In this document: piece by piece, positions 1 through 9,221 of the stretch
How the letters are laid out: each line of letters begins with the position of its first letter
Position numbering within the stretch: the stretch's first letter is position 1
IMG/VR virus record: IMGVR_UViG_3300030419_004471
Location: 149,602 to 213,601 of that record
Strand: one strand, 5' to 3'
DNA: 64,000 nucleotides
Notes under the pieces: generated by a model
Seen by the model: only the letters and a program-made list of their open reading frames with translations
What the model was told of the DNA's origin: nothing
The model's database searches: none
Made by a program: the position numbers and the translations under genes

Positions 1-16
1 TCTTTTTTTCTGCCAT
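1..16 (-). CDS. 5' end of a gene running off the window (MAEKK...)
   Basis: ATG at 16..14, just after the stop of the 27..167 ORF; only 5 codons visible. Confidence 0.35.
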
Positions 17-26
17 TAATTGTTAT

Positions 27-167
27 TTAAATTGTTCTGAATCTTCGTGATGAATTCCAATATACTCTTGGTGTATTACCTAAGTATTTTTTACGATATA
101 TTCTATCGTTGAAATCATTACGGATGGAATTTAATTGTGTATTACCGTTTTCTTGATTTTGTTTCAT
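27..167 (-). CDS. small hypothetical protein (46 aa, MKQNQENGNTQLNSIRNDFNDRIYRKKYLGNTPRVYWNSSRRFRTI)
   Basis: Read manually (below the ORF-track cutoff); fills the gap between neighbours with tight spacing. Confidence 0.55.
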   Translation of the reverse strand: MKQNQENGNTQLNSIRNDFNDRIYRKKYLGNTPRVYWNSSRRFRTI

Positions 168-169
168 TT

Positions 170-364
170 TTAAAATTGCGAACCACTTACTTCTAATAAT
201 GTGTATTCATTGATTTCTTCCCTAAAATCTTTATCTTCAACATATTTATCAACCGCTCTATTAACTAATTTTTGAAGTGTAATGTCCGAATCAAAAGATA
301 AACTTTTAAACTTGGAGTAAACATTTTTCAGAATCTTTACTGTTGTTAATTTTGTTTCTACCAT
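170..364 (-). CDS. small ribbon-helix-helix-like DNA-binding protein (putative)
   Basis: Short beta strand (LTTVKI) followed by two amphipathic helices (VYSKFKSL; TLQKLVNRAVDKY); preceded by two late-type motifs. Confidence 0.5.
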   Translation of the reverse strand: MVETKLTTVKILKNVYSKFKSLSFDSDITLQKLVNRAVDKYVEDKDFREEINEYTLLEVSGSQF

Positions 365-421
365 AATCTCTTTTATTTGTTATATATAAGTATATATAAA
401 TATAAGAAAATTATAAAAACA

Positions 422-1279
422 TTAATTCCAAGCCGAACACAATCCTCTTTCTTTAAACTCACACCAATCACATAATCTAGTTTTGTTTGTAAAGTAATCT
501 ATATCCCTATGCTTACCCTCATCATCAAACACAGTTTCAATGAAATTCATAAACCCATTCCAAGCCTTATTAATGGATGGTTTTCCATTAGCTGGAATGT
601 GAGATGATATACGAGGAATAGGAAAATCATAATTCTCATTTATTTTTCTTTTAAGAATCTGAAACTCTACGTGAACTTTATTTAGAGGTAAATTATACTT
701 CTCTGCGTAAATCTTTTTGTACAATAAAATTTGTGCGTTTTTTATTGGGTCTCGCTTTTGGTATTTATTCCAACCTCTTGTTGATGTTTTTAAGTCTATA
801 ATAGTAATTGAGTTATCATATAAATTCCTTATAACAACATCAATAAAACCAAGAAAATTTATATTTGGTTTTACTTTAGCGTTTAAGGGTAGCTCAATAG
901 CTTCTAACTTTTGATTCTTTTTAGAATACCATTTAGCTAATTTTGTTTTAAAAAACTTTAGTATCTGCCTACCATCCCCAAAAAACTCTTCCAATTCAAT
1001 TTGAGTACAGGGTAATCTATCACCTTGCTTTTCTTTTTCTTTCTTAAACTCTTCAACCAATTTATCTTTTAGTAATAAATCCAAGTCTATTTCCATAGCT
1101 TGTTTCTTTGTTACATTGTACATCACATCCAAAAAATGTTGGATGGTTTCGTGCATAGCCGTACCAAAGATTGTGTGAATGTTACCAGAACTTTCACCTA
1201 ATTTATCAATATAGTTTAGTTTGAATTGTTGTGGACATGAACTCCACATATTATATTGTGAGAAAGACACTCTAGCCAT
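422..1279 (-). CDS. PD-(D/E)XK RecB/Cas4-like exonuclease with putative Fe-S cluster
   Basis: HETIQ, FLGFIDVV and IIDLKTS catalytic motifs; one N-terminal Cys (SSCPQQF) plus C-terminal CDWC...GLC. Confidence 0.85.
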   Translation of the reverse strand: MARVSFSQYNMWSSCPQQFKLNYIDKLGESSGNIHTIFGTAMHETIQHFLDVMYNVTKKQAMEIDLDLLLKDKLVEEFKKEKEKQGDRLPCTQIELEEFFGDGRQILKFFKTKLAKWYSKKNQKLEAIELPLNAKVKPNINFLGFIDVVIRNLYDNSITIIDLKTSTRGWNKYQKRDPIKNAQILLYKKIYAEKYNLPLNKVHVEFQILKRKINENYDFPIPRISSHIPANGKPSINKAWNGFMNFIETVFDDEGKHRDIDYFTNKTRLCDWCEFKERGLCSAWN

Positions 1280-1295
1280 ATACTAATTTGTTATA

Positions 1296-1327
1296 TAAAT
1301 ATACAAAAAATTCCTGAGAAATCCAAA
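1296..1327 (-). promoter_or_regulatory. Bacteroidota sigma70-type promoter (Cas4-like gene)
   Basis: TTTG-N20-TATATTTA. Confidence 0.75.
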
Positions 1328-1331
1328 TATT

Positions 1332-2135
1332 TTACCAAAAAGTTTTCTCTCTATCTGAATCAGGTTCGTATGTAGTATGATGTACCACATCTGTATTATA
1401 ATCACTAGCTGATTTTGGATAAGGTTTTGTTTCGTGTTTTAATCTTTTTACCAAATCTCTCTTCTCTTTTTTACTCTGAGGTAGAATCTGAATGTATCTA
1501 TGTTTTGGTGGTTCTTCTCTTCTCCAGAACTCTTTATAACCTTGCTTACCGATTTCTTTTCTAAGGTGTTCTAAGTTACCACTACCCCATAAATTAAATA
1601 CACTTCTACTATGAATCCAATCATATGGGTCTTTACTTAATGAGATACCCCAATTAGGCATAAGAGCGATATCTGTTGATAATCCTTGATAAATCCAATT
1701 GGTAGCTTGATATATTCCTCCTAAGTGTTCTTGTCCATTATCAGCATAAGATAATAAAACTTTTATATTTTTATCATTATCTTTAATCCATTTAAATGTT
1801 TTTGCCAATGCATTAGATTCTATATTTGAACCATACCCATCATCAACATATAATCTAGTCAACTCTAAGATGTTATCTTTAGATAATCCCTCACAAACAG
1901 AAGTTGCTGCTTTTGCTCCTACTGGAAATCCATATATTGCACATCCTATTAGTTTATCTTTATTACCAAATACATCTTCTTCATCTAACTTATAGTAAAT
2001 ACCCAAAGCATATCTACACATAGTCCAAGCATGCGTATAATGCTTCTTTACTATAATATCCTTCGCTATGGATTTAGATATTTGTGCAACGTGCACTCTA
2101 CTAACATCACAATATTCTTTACCTTCTACTTTCAA
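1332..2135 (-). CDS. mom: Mom-family (GNAT-fold) DNA adenine modification enzyme, paralog 1
   Basis: LELTRL, LLSYAD...H.GGIYQATNWIYQG and C-terminal KHRY, as in phage Mu Mom. Confidence 0.8.
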   Translation of the reverse strand: MKVEGKEYCDVSRVHVAQISKSIAKDIIVKKHYTHAWTMCRYALGIYYKLDEEDVFGNKDKLIGCAIYGFPVGAKAATSVCEGLSKDNILELTRLYVDDGYGSNIESNALAKTFKWIKDNDKNIKVLLSYADNGQEHLGGIYQATNWIYQGLSTDIALMPNWGISLSKDPYDWIHSRSVFNLWGSGNLEHLRKEIGKQGYKEFWRREEPPKHRYIQILPQSKKEKRDLVKRLKHETKPYPKSASDYNTDVVHHTTYEPDSDREKTFW

Positions 2136-2880
2136 TTGGTTCTAATTTATGTATTTCTAATTCATCCGTATCATTATTCTTAGGATAAGTTTCTGATGGA
2201 TGTTTTAATGTTTTTAATATTTTCTTTCGTTCACCACCTTTACTCAGTATGTAAACGTATCTATGTTTTCTTGGTTCTTTACGAATCCAAAATGGTTTAT
2301 CAACTTTTTCTTGTATTTTCTTTGGGTCATTAGTTCCATAATATGGGAAGATAGTTCTACCATGCTGCCATTCACCATCTTCATTAAATTTAAAACTCCA
2401 ACTATCATTGTATCTAAGTGAGTTACCCTGATAAATCCAATTGGTAGCTTGATAAATTGTACCAGCGTGTCCTTCTTTTGGGTCTGAATATGATATTAAT
2501 CCTTTAATTTGTGGTGCGTTTTCTCTTAACCATTTAAAACTCTGTCCTATAAACCAACTTTCTATATTCGAACCATAATCATCAAATATAAAAACTCTAA
2601 CTAACTCTAATACTTCTGTTCTATCTAATAAAGGTGATATTGATTGTCCACTTAATCTTCCGATTGGGTCTCCATAACATATTACACCTATAAGTTTTTC
2701 TGATGAATTAAAAAATTGATGTGAATCATCTTCGATATATAATCCTAATGAATAGGATACTTTTGTCCAAAGATGTGAATAATGATTTTTAACTATAATA
2801 TCTTTAGCTACAGATTTGGAAATCTTTCTAATAGATAATTTTGATGTATCACAATATTGCTTCATAAACTTCCAGTCCAA
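2119..2880 (-). CDS. mom: Mom-family DNA adenine modification enzyme, paralog 2
   Basis: LELVRV, LISYSDPKEGHAGTIYQATNWIYQG, KHRY; clearly homologous to the neighbouring ORF. Confidence 0.8.
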   Translation of the reverse strand: MDWKFMKQYCDTSKLSIRKISKSVAKDIIVKNHYSHLWTKVSYSLGLYIEDDSHQFFNSSEKLIGVICYGDPIGRLSGQSISPLLDRTEVLELVRVFIFDDYGSNIESWFIGQSFKWLRENAPQIKGLISYSDPKEGHAGTIYQATNWIYQGNSLRYNDSWSFKFNEDGEWQHGRTIFPYYGTNDPKKIQEKVDKPFWIRKEPRKHRYVYILSKGGERKKILKTLKHPSETYPKNNDTDELEIHKLEPIESRR

Positions 2881-3065
2881 AACTCATTTAAATGTTGCCA
2901 AGTCTTGTTGGTTATGATTTTGTTTATGTTAGCTGGTGAGACTTTATTGTTACGAGCTATGATGGTTATATTTCTATGACCCATTCTCCATAACTTTCTT
3001 ATTTGTATAACCTGTTCATCCGTCAGTTTTGCTGATGGATGTGATTGGCCTCTTCTTATTGGCAT
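2862..3065 (-). CDS. stand-alone HTH DNA-binding module of the type found C-terminal in HNH homing endonucleases
   Basis: RGQSHPSAKLTDEQVIQIR...IARNNKVS...I...KTWQH pattern; no nuclease domain. Confidence 0.6.
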   Translation of the reverse strand: MPIRRGQSHPSAKLTDEQVIQIRKLWRMGHRNITIIARNNKVSPANINKIITNKTWQHLNEFWTGSL

Positions 3066-3329
3066 TTATAAATTTTCATTAATACTATTTGTGTACGCTA
3101 GCTCTGATTGCACTCCTACAAATCTATTTATTTCAACTCCATCCTTCTCTATTACTACTGTAGGAACTGACCTAACGTGGTATTTTTGAGCTTCTTCAAA
3201 TTGTTCGTCTATATTAATATACGAAAAATTTACCGAATTTCCAAATTTTTGATTAACTTTTTCTAAAATCGGTTTTAGAGCTTTGCAAGGTCCACACCAA
3301 GGGGCTTCGAATTTTTTAACTTCTATCAT
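3066..3329 (-). CDS. trxA: thioredoxin
   Basis: WCGPC active site, VPT cis-Pro motif; AGGAG 6 nt upstream. Confidence 0.95.
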   Translation of the reverse strand: MIEVKKFEAPWCGPCKALKPILEKVNQKFGNSVNFSYINIDEQFEEAQKYHVRSVPTVVIEKDGVEINRFVGVQSELAYTNSINENL

Positions 3330-3348
3330 TTTTTTCTCCTATTTAAAT

Positions 3349-5133
3349 TTAACCATCACACGCAACACAATCAGGGTCAACTGCTCTATCTGCAATATCA
3401 CCTCTGAGTACACTTTCCGTTCTCATATAATACAAAGTTTTTATACCTTGTTTCCACGCTTCCATTGTAACTTGATTAATCCACTTCGGTGTTGCAATCG
3501 AAGGGAACGCCAAATTTAATGATACGGATTGGTCAATATACTGCTGTCTAACACCAGCTTGCTTAACCAAATCCATTTGATTAATTTCTTTGAATGTTTT
3601 AAATACTTCTTTTACTGGATAAACCTTATCCCTATCTCCATTTTTAATATCTTTACATAATGTAAGTTTTCCATCTAAATAACACCATTTATCCAATTCT
3701 TTTAATGATTGAACAGAACCACCGTCATCCAATATTTTATCCCAAGTTTCCTTTTTATTTATACCAGCTTTTCTTAGTGCTTTTTCTAGCTCCCCATTCT
3801 TTCTAATAAATGTACCTTTAGAAGTTTGCTCAGTAAATACATTAGCTGCCCAAGGCTCAATACCTGGTGATACATTACCACTAAGTTTTGAATTACTAAC
3901 AGTTGGTGCAACTGCTCTTAAATGTGTATTTCTAAATCCACTTTCTCTACACCATAATGGTTCACCATATTCTTCTGCTAATTGTCTACTAGCTCTTTCT
4001 GATTCAATTTTTAATTGTGAAAATATTTTACGAGTTTCAAACTGAGCTTCCATACCTTCAAATGGAATACCTCTTTGTTGTAAGTAAGTGTGCCATCCTA
4101 AAACTCCTAATCCTAATGCTCTACCTTTTTCAGCAGATGCTACTGAATTTTCAAATCCTCTCATATTTTTAGCTTTCTGAATAAATTCTGAAAGTACTCC
4201 ATCTAAAAATATAGTTGCAGTATGAACTAAATCAGTATCTCTCCACTCATCATACTTTGCTAAGTTAAGTGAAGATAAACAACATACAAATGAATGATTC
4301 TCATCAGTATGTAAAGTGATTTCTGAACAGATATTAGTCATAAATACTTTTAATCCATTCTTTTTGTACATATCAGGATTACCTTTGTTTACATTACCTT
4401 TAAACATAATGTAAGGTTCACCTGTTGCTTTTCTTTTTTGTAATAATTTACCCCATTTTCTTCTTGCATCTTCATTACCATCTTGAAGTTTTCTCATAAA
4501 TTTATCACCAACGATTGCACATTGATGTAAATTAAGTGATTGTCTGTTTACATCACCTTTAGGTTCTCTTATCTCTAACCAATCTTCAAAATCATCGTGT
4601 TCAATGTTTAAGTTAACTGAAGCAGCTCCTCTTCTTACTGAACCTTGATTCGTAGCAAGAATTGTAGAATCATATATTTTTGCGAAAGGTACAACACCAT
4701 CTGATGTACCATTCATAGTAATTATAGAACCTGCTGGTCTAATTTGGTTAATACATATACCAACACCACCACCATGCTTTGCTAATAGCATTAATTCTAA
4801 ATTCTTTTTTCCAATCTCATAGATACTATCACCCACATCTATACCAAAGCAACTTATTGGTAATCCTCTATCTGTTCCAGTATTTGAAAGAACTGGTGTT
4901 GCTAAATTTAACCAACCTTTCCAGATGTAATCAAAGAACTTTGTTGCCATCTGAGGTTTGTTTAATCTTTGTGCAATACGAGTAGCTACTCTCCAATATG
5001 CATCTTTGGGTTTTTCACCAGGTAAAAGATACCCTTTTGAAATTGTTTTAACATATATTTCTGTATTTGCCCAAGATGGAAAATCTACATCAATTTCCCA
5101 TTCAAACTCTTCACCATAATTTTTTGCTGCCAT
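3349..5133 (-). CDS. nrdA: class Ia ribonucleotide reductase alpha subunit
   Basis: PISCF, TNICSEI, CCLSSLN, APTVSNS, TLYY and C-terminal CVAC motifs; short form without an obvious ATP cone. Confidence 0.95.
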   Translation of the reverse strand: MAAKNYGEEFEWEIDVDFPSWANTEIYVKTISKGYLLPGEKPKDAYWRVATRIAQRLNKPQMATKFFDYIWKGWLNLATPVLSNTGTDRGLPISCFGIDVGDSIYEIGKKNLELMLLAKHGGGVGICINQIRPAGSIITMNGTSDGVVPFAKIYDSTILATNQGSVRRGAASVNLNIEHDDFEDWLEIREPKGDVNRQSLNLHQCAIVGDKFMRKLQDGNEDARRKWGKLLQKRKATGEPYIMFKGNVNKGNPDMYKKNGLKVFMTNICSEITLHTDENHSFVCCLSSLNLAKYDEWRDTDLVHTATIFLDGVLSEFIQKAKNMRGFENSVASAEKGRALGLGVLGWHTYLQQRGIPFEGMEAQFETRKIFSQLKIESERASRQLAEEYGEPLWCRESGFRNTHLRAVAPTVSNSKLSGNVSPGIEPWAANVFTEQTSKGTFIRKNGELEKALRKAGINKKETWDKILDDGGSVQSLKELDKWCYLDGKLTLCKDIKNGDRDKVYPVKEVFKTFKEINQMDLVKQAGVRQQYIDQSVSLNLAFPSIATPKWINQVTMEAWKQGIKTLYYMRTESVLRGDIADRAVDPDCVACDG

Positions 5134-5134
5134 T

Positions 5135-5554
5135 TTATAATAATTTTATTTGTGATGAATCACCATAATTTCCAAATAATTCATCGTCTTTTTTAATATC
5201 TCTTAATGCTATTCCTGTATTGCTATCTATATTACCTTTTTCATACATAGTGTTTATCATAGCCAATGGTTCTGAAAATAAAAAATTAGTATCCTTTATC
5301 AATCTAAAACTGATATATGAATAATCATCATTTATTCTACTCCCATATGAACGTAACAAATATGCTAAAACTTCTTTAGGTAACTCCTTAGCTTCTTTAA
5401 ATCTTATTCTATACCATTTAGTTTTTCCTTCCCAATTTGGAAAAACCTGCTCTCCTTTCTTAATATCTACCAAAGCAAACAAACCAACACCGTGCACTTT
5501 GCTTGGTCTTTGATATGATTTTACACTCGTATTAAGATAATCAAATGGTTTCAT
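5135..5554 (-). CDS. SET-domain protein (putative lysine methyltransferase)
   Basis: PSKVHGVGLFALVDIKKGE and ALRDIKKDDELFGNYG motifs; NH motif degenerate (INTM). Start moved from 5620 to MKPFDY at 5554 to remove an 80-nt overlap. Confidence 0.75.
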   Translation of the reverse strand: MKPFDYLNTSVKSYQRPSKVHGVGLFALVDIKKGEQVFPNWEGKTKWYRIRFKEAKELPKEVLAYLLRSYGSRINDDYSYISFRLIKDTNFLFSEPLAMINTMYEKGNIDSNTGIALRDIKKDDELFGNYGDSSQIKLL

Positions 5555-6131
5555 ACTTTTTTCTTTTTTGAAAATCCCCATCGATAAAATAAGTCCAGTT
5601 ACAATTGTGTCCATCTTCAATTATTTTAGGATAATTCTCCCTGTGTGGAGAATTAATCTTAAACCAGTGAGAATGTAAATCTTTTGTATCTCTTATAGAA
5701 AAATAACTAAAAATTGATAAAACACAATTTTCATTTGCAACCATCTTTGCATAATCCTCAAACTTATTATAGTTTGAATCATCATAAGTATCCATAAAGA
5801 TACCATCAAATTTGATATCCAGCTCTGGTATTACATCTATCCAATCTCCAAAATGTATATGAACATTCTCTTTACCCTCAGCCCACTCTAGAGCTTTTGA
5901 ATAAATTTGTGGATTTGATTCGATACAATGATAGTTGCCAACTCTTTTATAAATGGCATCTGCACTATATCCAAGTCCAAATCCTACATCTAATACTTTA
6001 CCACCATTTTGTGTAACTATATTAGAATAAAATTCCATCAATTCTTTAGATACAATATCCATAACAATTGATGAATGGTCATCAGAATAATATATTCTGC
6101 TATCTGTTATTGTAACCTTTTTATTTTTCAA
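5541..6131 (-). CDS. class I SAM-dependent methyltransferase, Rmt2/guanidinoacetate-methyltransferase-like
   Basis: VM...LM...GGKVLDVGFGLG, HCIESNP, GDW, FDGIFMDTY follow the GAMT/Rmt2 pattern. Confidence 0.8.
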   Translation of the reverse strand: MKNKKVTITDSRIYYSDDHSSIVMDIVSKELMEFYSNIVTQNGGKVLDVGFGLGYSADAIYKRVGNYHCIESNPQIYSKALEWAEGKENVHIHFGDWIDVIPELDIKFDGIFMDTYDDSNYNKFEDYAKMVANENCVLSIFSYFSIRDTKDLHSHWFKINSPHRENYPKIIEDGHNCNWTYFIDGDFQKRKKYETI

Positions 6132-6136
6132 TTTTT

Positions 6137-7132
6137 TTAAAATAAATCATCCCAATCTTCTCCCTCATTAGCTTTACTATAATCAGTAGGTCTAATAGCG
6201 AAAAAATCGGTATGAGTGTGTCCACCTGTCAAATGATAAAACCAATCTAAATTATCAGCTTTCTTCTTATCGAATTCAAAGATACCTTTGTATCCTAGTT
6301 CTTCTAATTTAGTATTGGTTCGTTGTTTAATAAACTCTTTTAAATCATCTGCTTTTAAATTTTCCAAATCACCCATCTCAAACATTTTATCAATAAATTT
6401 AAGTTCGAGTTCAACGATTAATTTAGCGGCTTCAGTAATACTCTTTTTACATTGTTTTAATAAGTCTGGATATTCATCACACATATGTCTGAATAATACA
6501 CATCCCATTTTAGAATGTAAAGATTCATCTCGTACTGACCATTTCATTTGCTGACCAATACCTTTGAGTTTATTTCTCATTTGAAATGAATATAGAACAG
6601 CGAATGAAGAATACAAAGAAACTCCTTCAGCAAATGCAGAAAAGATAGCTAAACTTCTACCTACTTCTTGTCTTGCTTTTTCATTTTTTTGTAAATCTTC
6701 ATGTGTCCAATCTGCAGAGGTTTCTGTGAGTAATTCAAATTTTTCCGCTACTGCTGGTTCGTGTAGAAAAGCTTCGAAGTTTTCCAATCCTAATGTTTCA
6801 TTTAGATATGAATATGCAGTTGCATGAATGGTTTCTTGTGAACCAAACATCATTGCCATTTGTCTTATCTCATGCTTAGGAAACCATTTAGTAACCATAT
6901 TAGTCCAATAATCTGAAACTGCACATTCTGTTTGTGCAAATCCCAATAGAATATTACCAACTAAGTTTTTTTCTTCCTTAGTTAAGGTTTCATTCCAATC
7001 CTTGACATCCATTTGCATGGGTATCTCGGTGTGAAGCCAAAATGCTTGTGCTTGTTTTAACCAGCCTTCATTATAATATATTGGATATTCGAATGGTTTG
7101 AACGGAATTCGTTCTTTGAATAGTTTACTCAT
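6137..7132 (-). CDS. nrdB: ribonucleotide reductase beta subunit
   Basis: Di-iron ligands (QTE, ETIH, AEG, DESLH); C-terminal DFF...WDDLF. Confidence 0.95.
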   Translation of the reverse strand: MSKLFKERIPFKPFEYPIYYNEGWLKQAQAFWLHTEIPMQMDVKDWNETLTKEEKNLVGNILLGFAQTECAVSDYWTNMVTKWFPKHEIRQMAMMFGSQETIHATAYSYLNETLGLENFEAFLHEPAVAEKFELLTETSADWTHEDLQKNEKARQEVGRSLAIFSAFAEGVSLYSSFAVLYSFQMRNKLKGIGQQMKWSVRDESLHSKMGCVLFRHMCDEYPDLLKQCKKSITEAAKLIVELELKFIDKMFEMGDLENLKADDLKEFIKQRTNTKLEELGYKGIFEFDKKKADNLDWFYHLTGGHTHTDFFAIRPTDYSKANEGEDWDDLF

Positions 7133-7145
7133 TTTTTTATAACCT

Positions 7146-7316
7146 TTATTTGTTTTCCTCTACAGACGCTTTTCTATAATCTGTAACTAATTTTTTAATT
7201 TCACCAATAGCTTTTCTTGCTCTTGATTTAGCTGCTTTTGATGTTCCATTGTGTTCTAATTCGAATTGTGTGTACAATTCTTTAATTTGTTCGAAAAGTT
7301 CCTGTGATTTTGCCAT
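7146..7316 (-). CDS. histone H1-like Hc1-family small basic protein (56 aa)
   Basis: Manually read MAKSQELFEQIKELYTQFELEHNGTSKAAKSRARKAIGEIKKLVTDYRKASVEENK; KAA.SRARKA..EIKKL...YRK helical-hairpin pattern; AGGAG 9 nt upstream. Confidence 0.7.
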   Translation of the reverse strand: MAKSQELFEQIKELYTQFELEHNGTSKAAKSRARKAIGEIKKLVTDYRKASVEENK

Positions 7317-7410
7317 AATTTATTTCTCCTTTTAATTTAAGTTCGGTGAATATAACTATTGTATATATTTAAAAAAATTCACCAATGTTATTTATTTTTG
7401 TAACTTTTTT

Positions 7411-8772
7411 CTAAAAGTTCATACTCTCCACATATTTCTTATGTAATAATTGCTTCCTTTCTATGTTTCCACTAGCGGATTCTTTAGTAGAAAGTATCCC
7501 TTCGGCTGAAGTTCCTTCGTAAACTTCTATGAATCCTGTATTAGTATCCATCTTACAAGGGAATGTTATTCCATCAGGTCCGAATCTGTTTTTCATAATG
7601 TGAGCTCTTGCAGTATTATTCAATTTATCTTTTGATTTTCTACTCCAACTCATAATGAAATCAGCATTCATAACTTTTGCATAAGAGTCTGAAATTTTAT
7701 CTGCTTCTATAACTTCTGAATCAATTGCTGAACGATTAGTTTGAGATGCTGTCCATATTGGAATACCATATTCACCACTTAATCCTCTTAAGTCAATATA
7801 AACACCACCTTGCTCAGCGTATGTTGAATCAGTTTTATTTGAATGTGATAGTAACAAATCTGCATAATCGATTAAGATTAAATCAGGTTTATTATCTGTT
7901 GCTATCATTTTATCTATGTGTTGTGCAATCTTCTTTGAAGATACACCTTTAGGTGGGAAATATTTAATTAATAATCTTCCCTGCAATCCTTTAATTTTTT
8001 CTTTTACTTTTTCTTTATTTTCTTTAATATCAGCTGATGGTATTTTAGAAAATACAGTATCATATCTTTGTCCTACATAATGTTCTGATAATTCTAATGA
8101 ATAATGAACTACACTTAATCCTTGTTTTACTGCTGATGCTCCTAATGTAGTTAGTATCCAAGTTTTACCAACACCAGATGGTGCAACTACAACTCCCAAT
8201 TCACCTGGTCCTAATCCACCATCCATTAAATCATTCACTGGTTTCCAATCGGTTGGTACGGTATCTCTTTTTACATCATCTATACGAGAATCAAAATCAT
8301 CTTTATAGTCATGTCCTAAATCAGTCTCAATACCTACTTTCATAGCTTTATCAACCAAATCTTTTATCCTATTGTAATTACCAGCTTTTAATAAATCAAC
8401 TGATGTTAATATTACCTGTTTAAGATTTTGATTTCTACAAAACGAAGTAAACTCTTTTTTAATATAATCTAAATCTACATTACCAACTTGAGTATAAACA
8501 TGTCTAAGTTGTTCTTTAACTGTAGTTTTTAAAATTTCATTATCTAATTTAGAAACTTTTACTTTGAAAACATCCATAGTAGGAGGTTTTCTAAACTCTT
8601 CATTATAATCTATGATTTCACCAATAATCCATTTATTAGCTTCTGATTCAAAAAACTTTGGTGATACTACTTCTGAAAGTTTATCTAAGAATTTACCATC
8701 TGTAAGTAATGCTGAAACTACTTTAGATTGGAATGAATTTCCATATTTTGATAAATTATCTATCTCTTGCAT
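7411..8772 (-). CDS. replicative DNA helicase (DnaB/T4 gp41-like)
   Basis: Walker A APSGVGKT, LILIDYADLL, TASQTNR, MKNRFG. Confidence 0.92.
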   Translation of the reverse strand: MQEIDNLSKYGNSFQSKVVSALLTDGKFLDKLSEVVSPKFFESEANKWIIGEIIDYNEEFRKPPTMDVFKVKVSKLDNEILKTTVKEQLRHVYTQVGNVDLDYIKKEFTSFCRNQNLKQVILTSVDLLKAGNYNRIKDLVDKAMKVGIETDLGHDYKDDFDSRIDDVKRDTVPTDWKPVNDLMDGGLGPGELGVVVAPSGVGKTWILTTLGASAVKQGLSVVHYSLELSEHYVGQRYDTVFSKIPSADIKENKEKVKEKIKGLQGRLLIKYFPPKGVSSKKIAQHIDKMIATDNKPDLILIDYADLLLSHSNKTDSTYAEQGGVYIDLRGLSGEYGIPIWTASQTNRSAIDSEVIEADKISDSYAKVMNADFIMSWSRKSKDKLNNTARAHIMKNRFGPDGITFPCKMDTNTGFIEVYEGTSAEGILSTKESASGNIERKQLLHKKYVESMNF

Positions 8773-9221
8773 TAAACTTTTAGTTTAAGTTTTGTTATTT
8801 GTTTCTTCTCTGTTCCGTATTTTTCGCAGATATATTTAATGTGTTCTCTGCCTTCTCTAGTAGAATAAAGTATTTCTAAATATTCATTTGCTTCTTTTTT
8901 TGAACATTCATAATCTACACAAACCAAATCTACTAACCAATCCTCATACTTTTGTGATTTTTTCCCCTTTACATATCTAAGATAATGCCTCCCCTTTGGT
9001 ATGATACCAATGTATGCTAAATATAATGCTTTCGGAGGAAGAGCTTGTGTATATGGTTGTAGTTCCGCTATTAAATCAATCCAATCTGGATTCATTGAAA
9101 GAAACCTATGAATCATATAATTTGACCAACTCTTCAAATCTTCGTCCTCTAACTTATCGAAATATTTAGGGTCTTGATATTGTGTTATCGCTTTTATGTG
9201 GTCAAATAATCCTTTAGCCAT
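8772..9221 (-). CDS. clamp loader small subunit (T4 gp62-like)
   Basis: LFDHI...YMIHRFLSM pattern; position next to clamp loader and clamp. Confidence 0.75.
   Translation of the reverse strand: MAKGLFDHIKAITQYQDPKYFDKLEDEDLKSWSNYMIHRFLSMNPDWIDLIAELQPYTQALPPKALYLAYIGIIPKGRHYLRYVKGKKSQKYEDWLVDLVCVDYECSKKEANEYLEILYSTREGREHIKYICEKYGTEKKQITKLKLKV

Noticed and set aside
422-1330. CRISPR-Cas locus around the Cas4-like gene
   Set aside because: No repeat-spacer array or other cas genes; the repeated ~31-mer at 1296 and 12405 is a promoter 11 kb from its twin.
5555-5620. N-terminal extension of the SET ORF (MKMDTIVTGLILSMGIF) as a membrane anchor
   Set aside because: It overlaps the upstream methyltransferase by 80 nt; the ATG at 5554 gives a normal short overlap.
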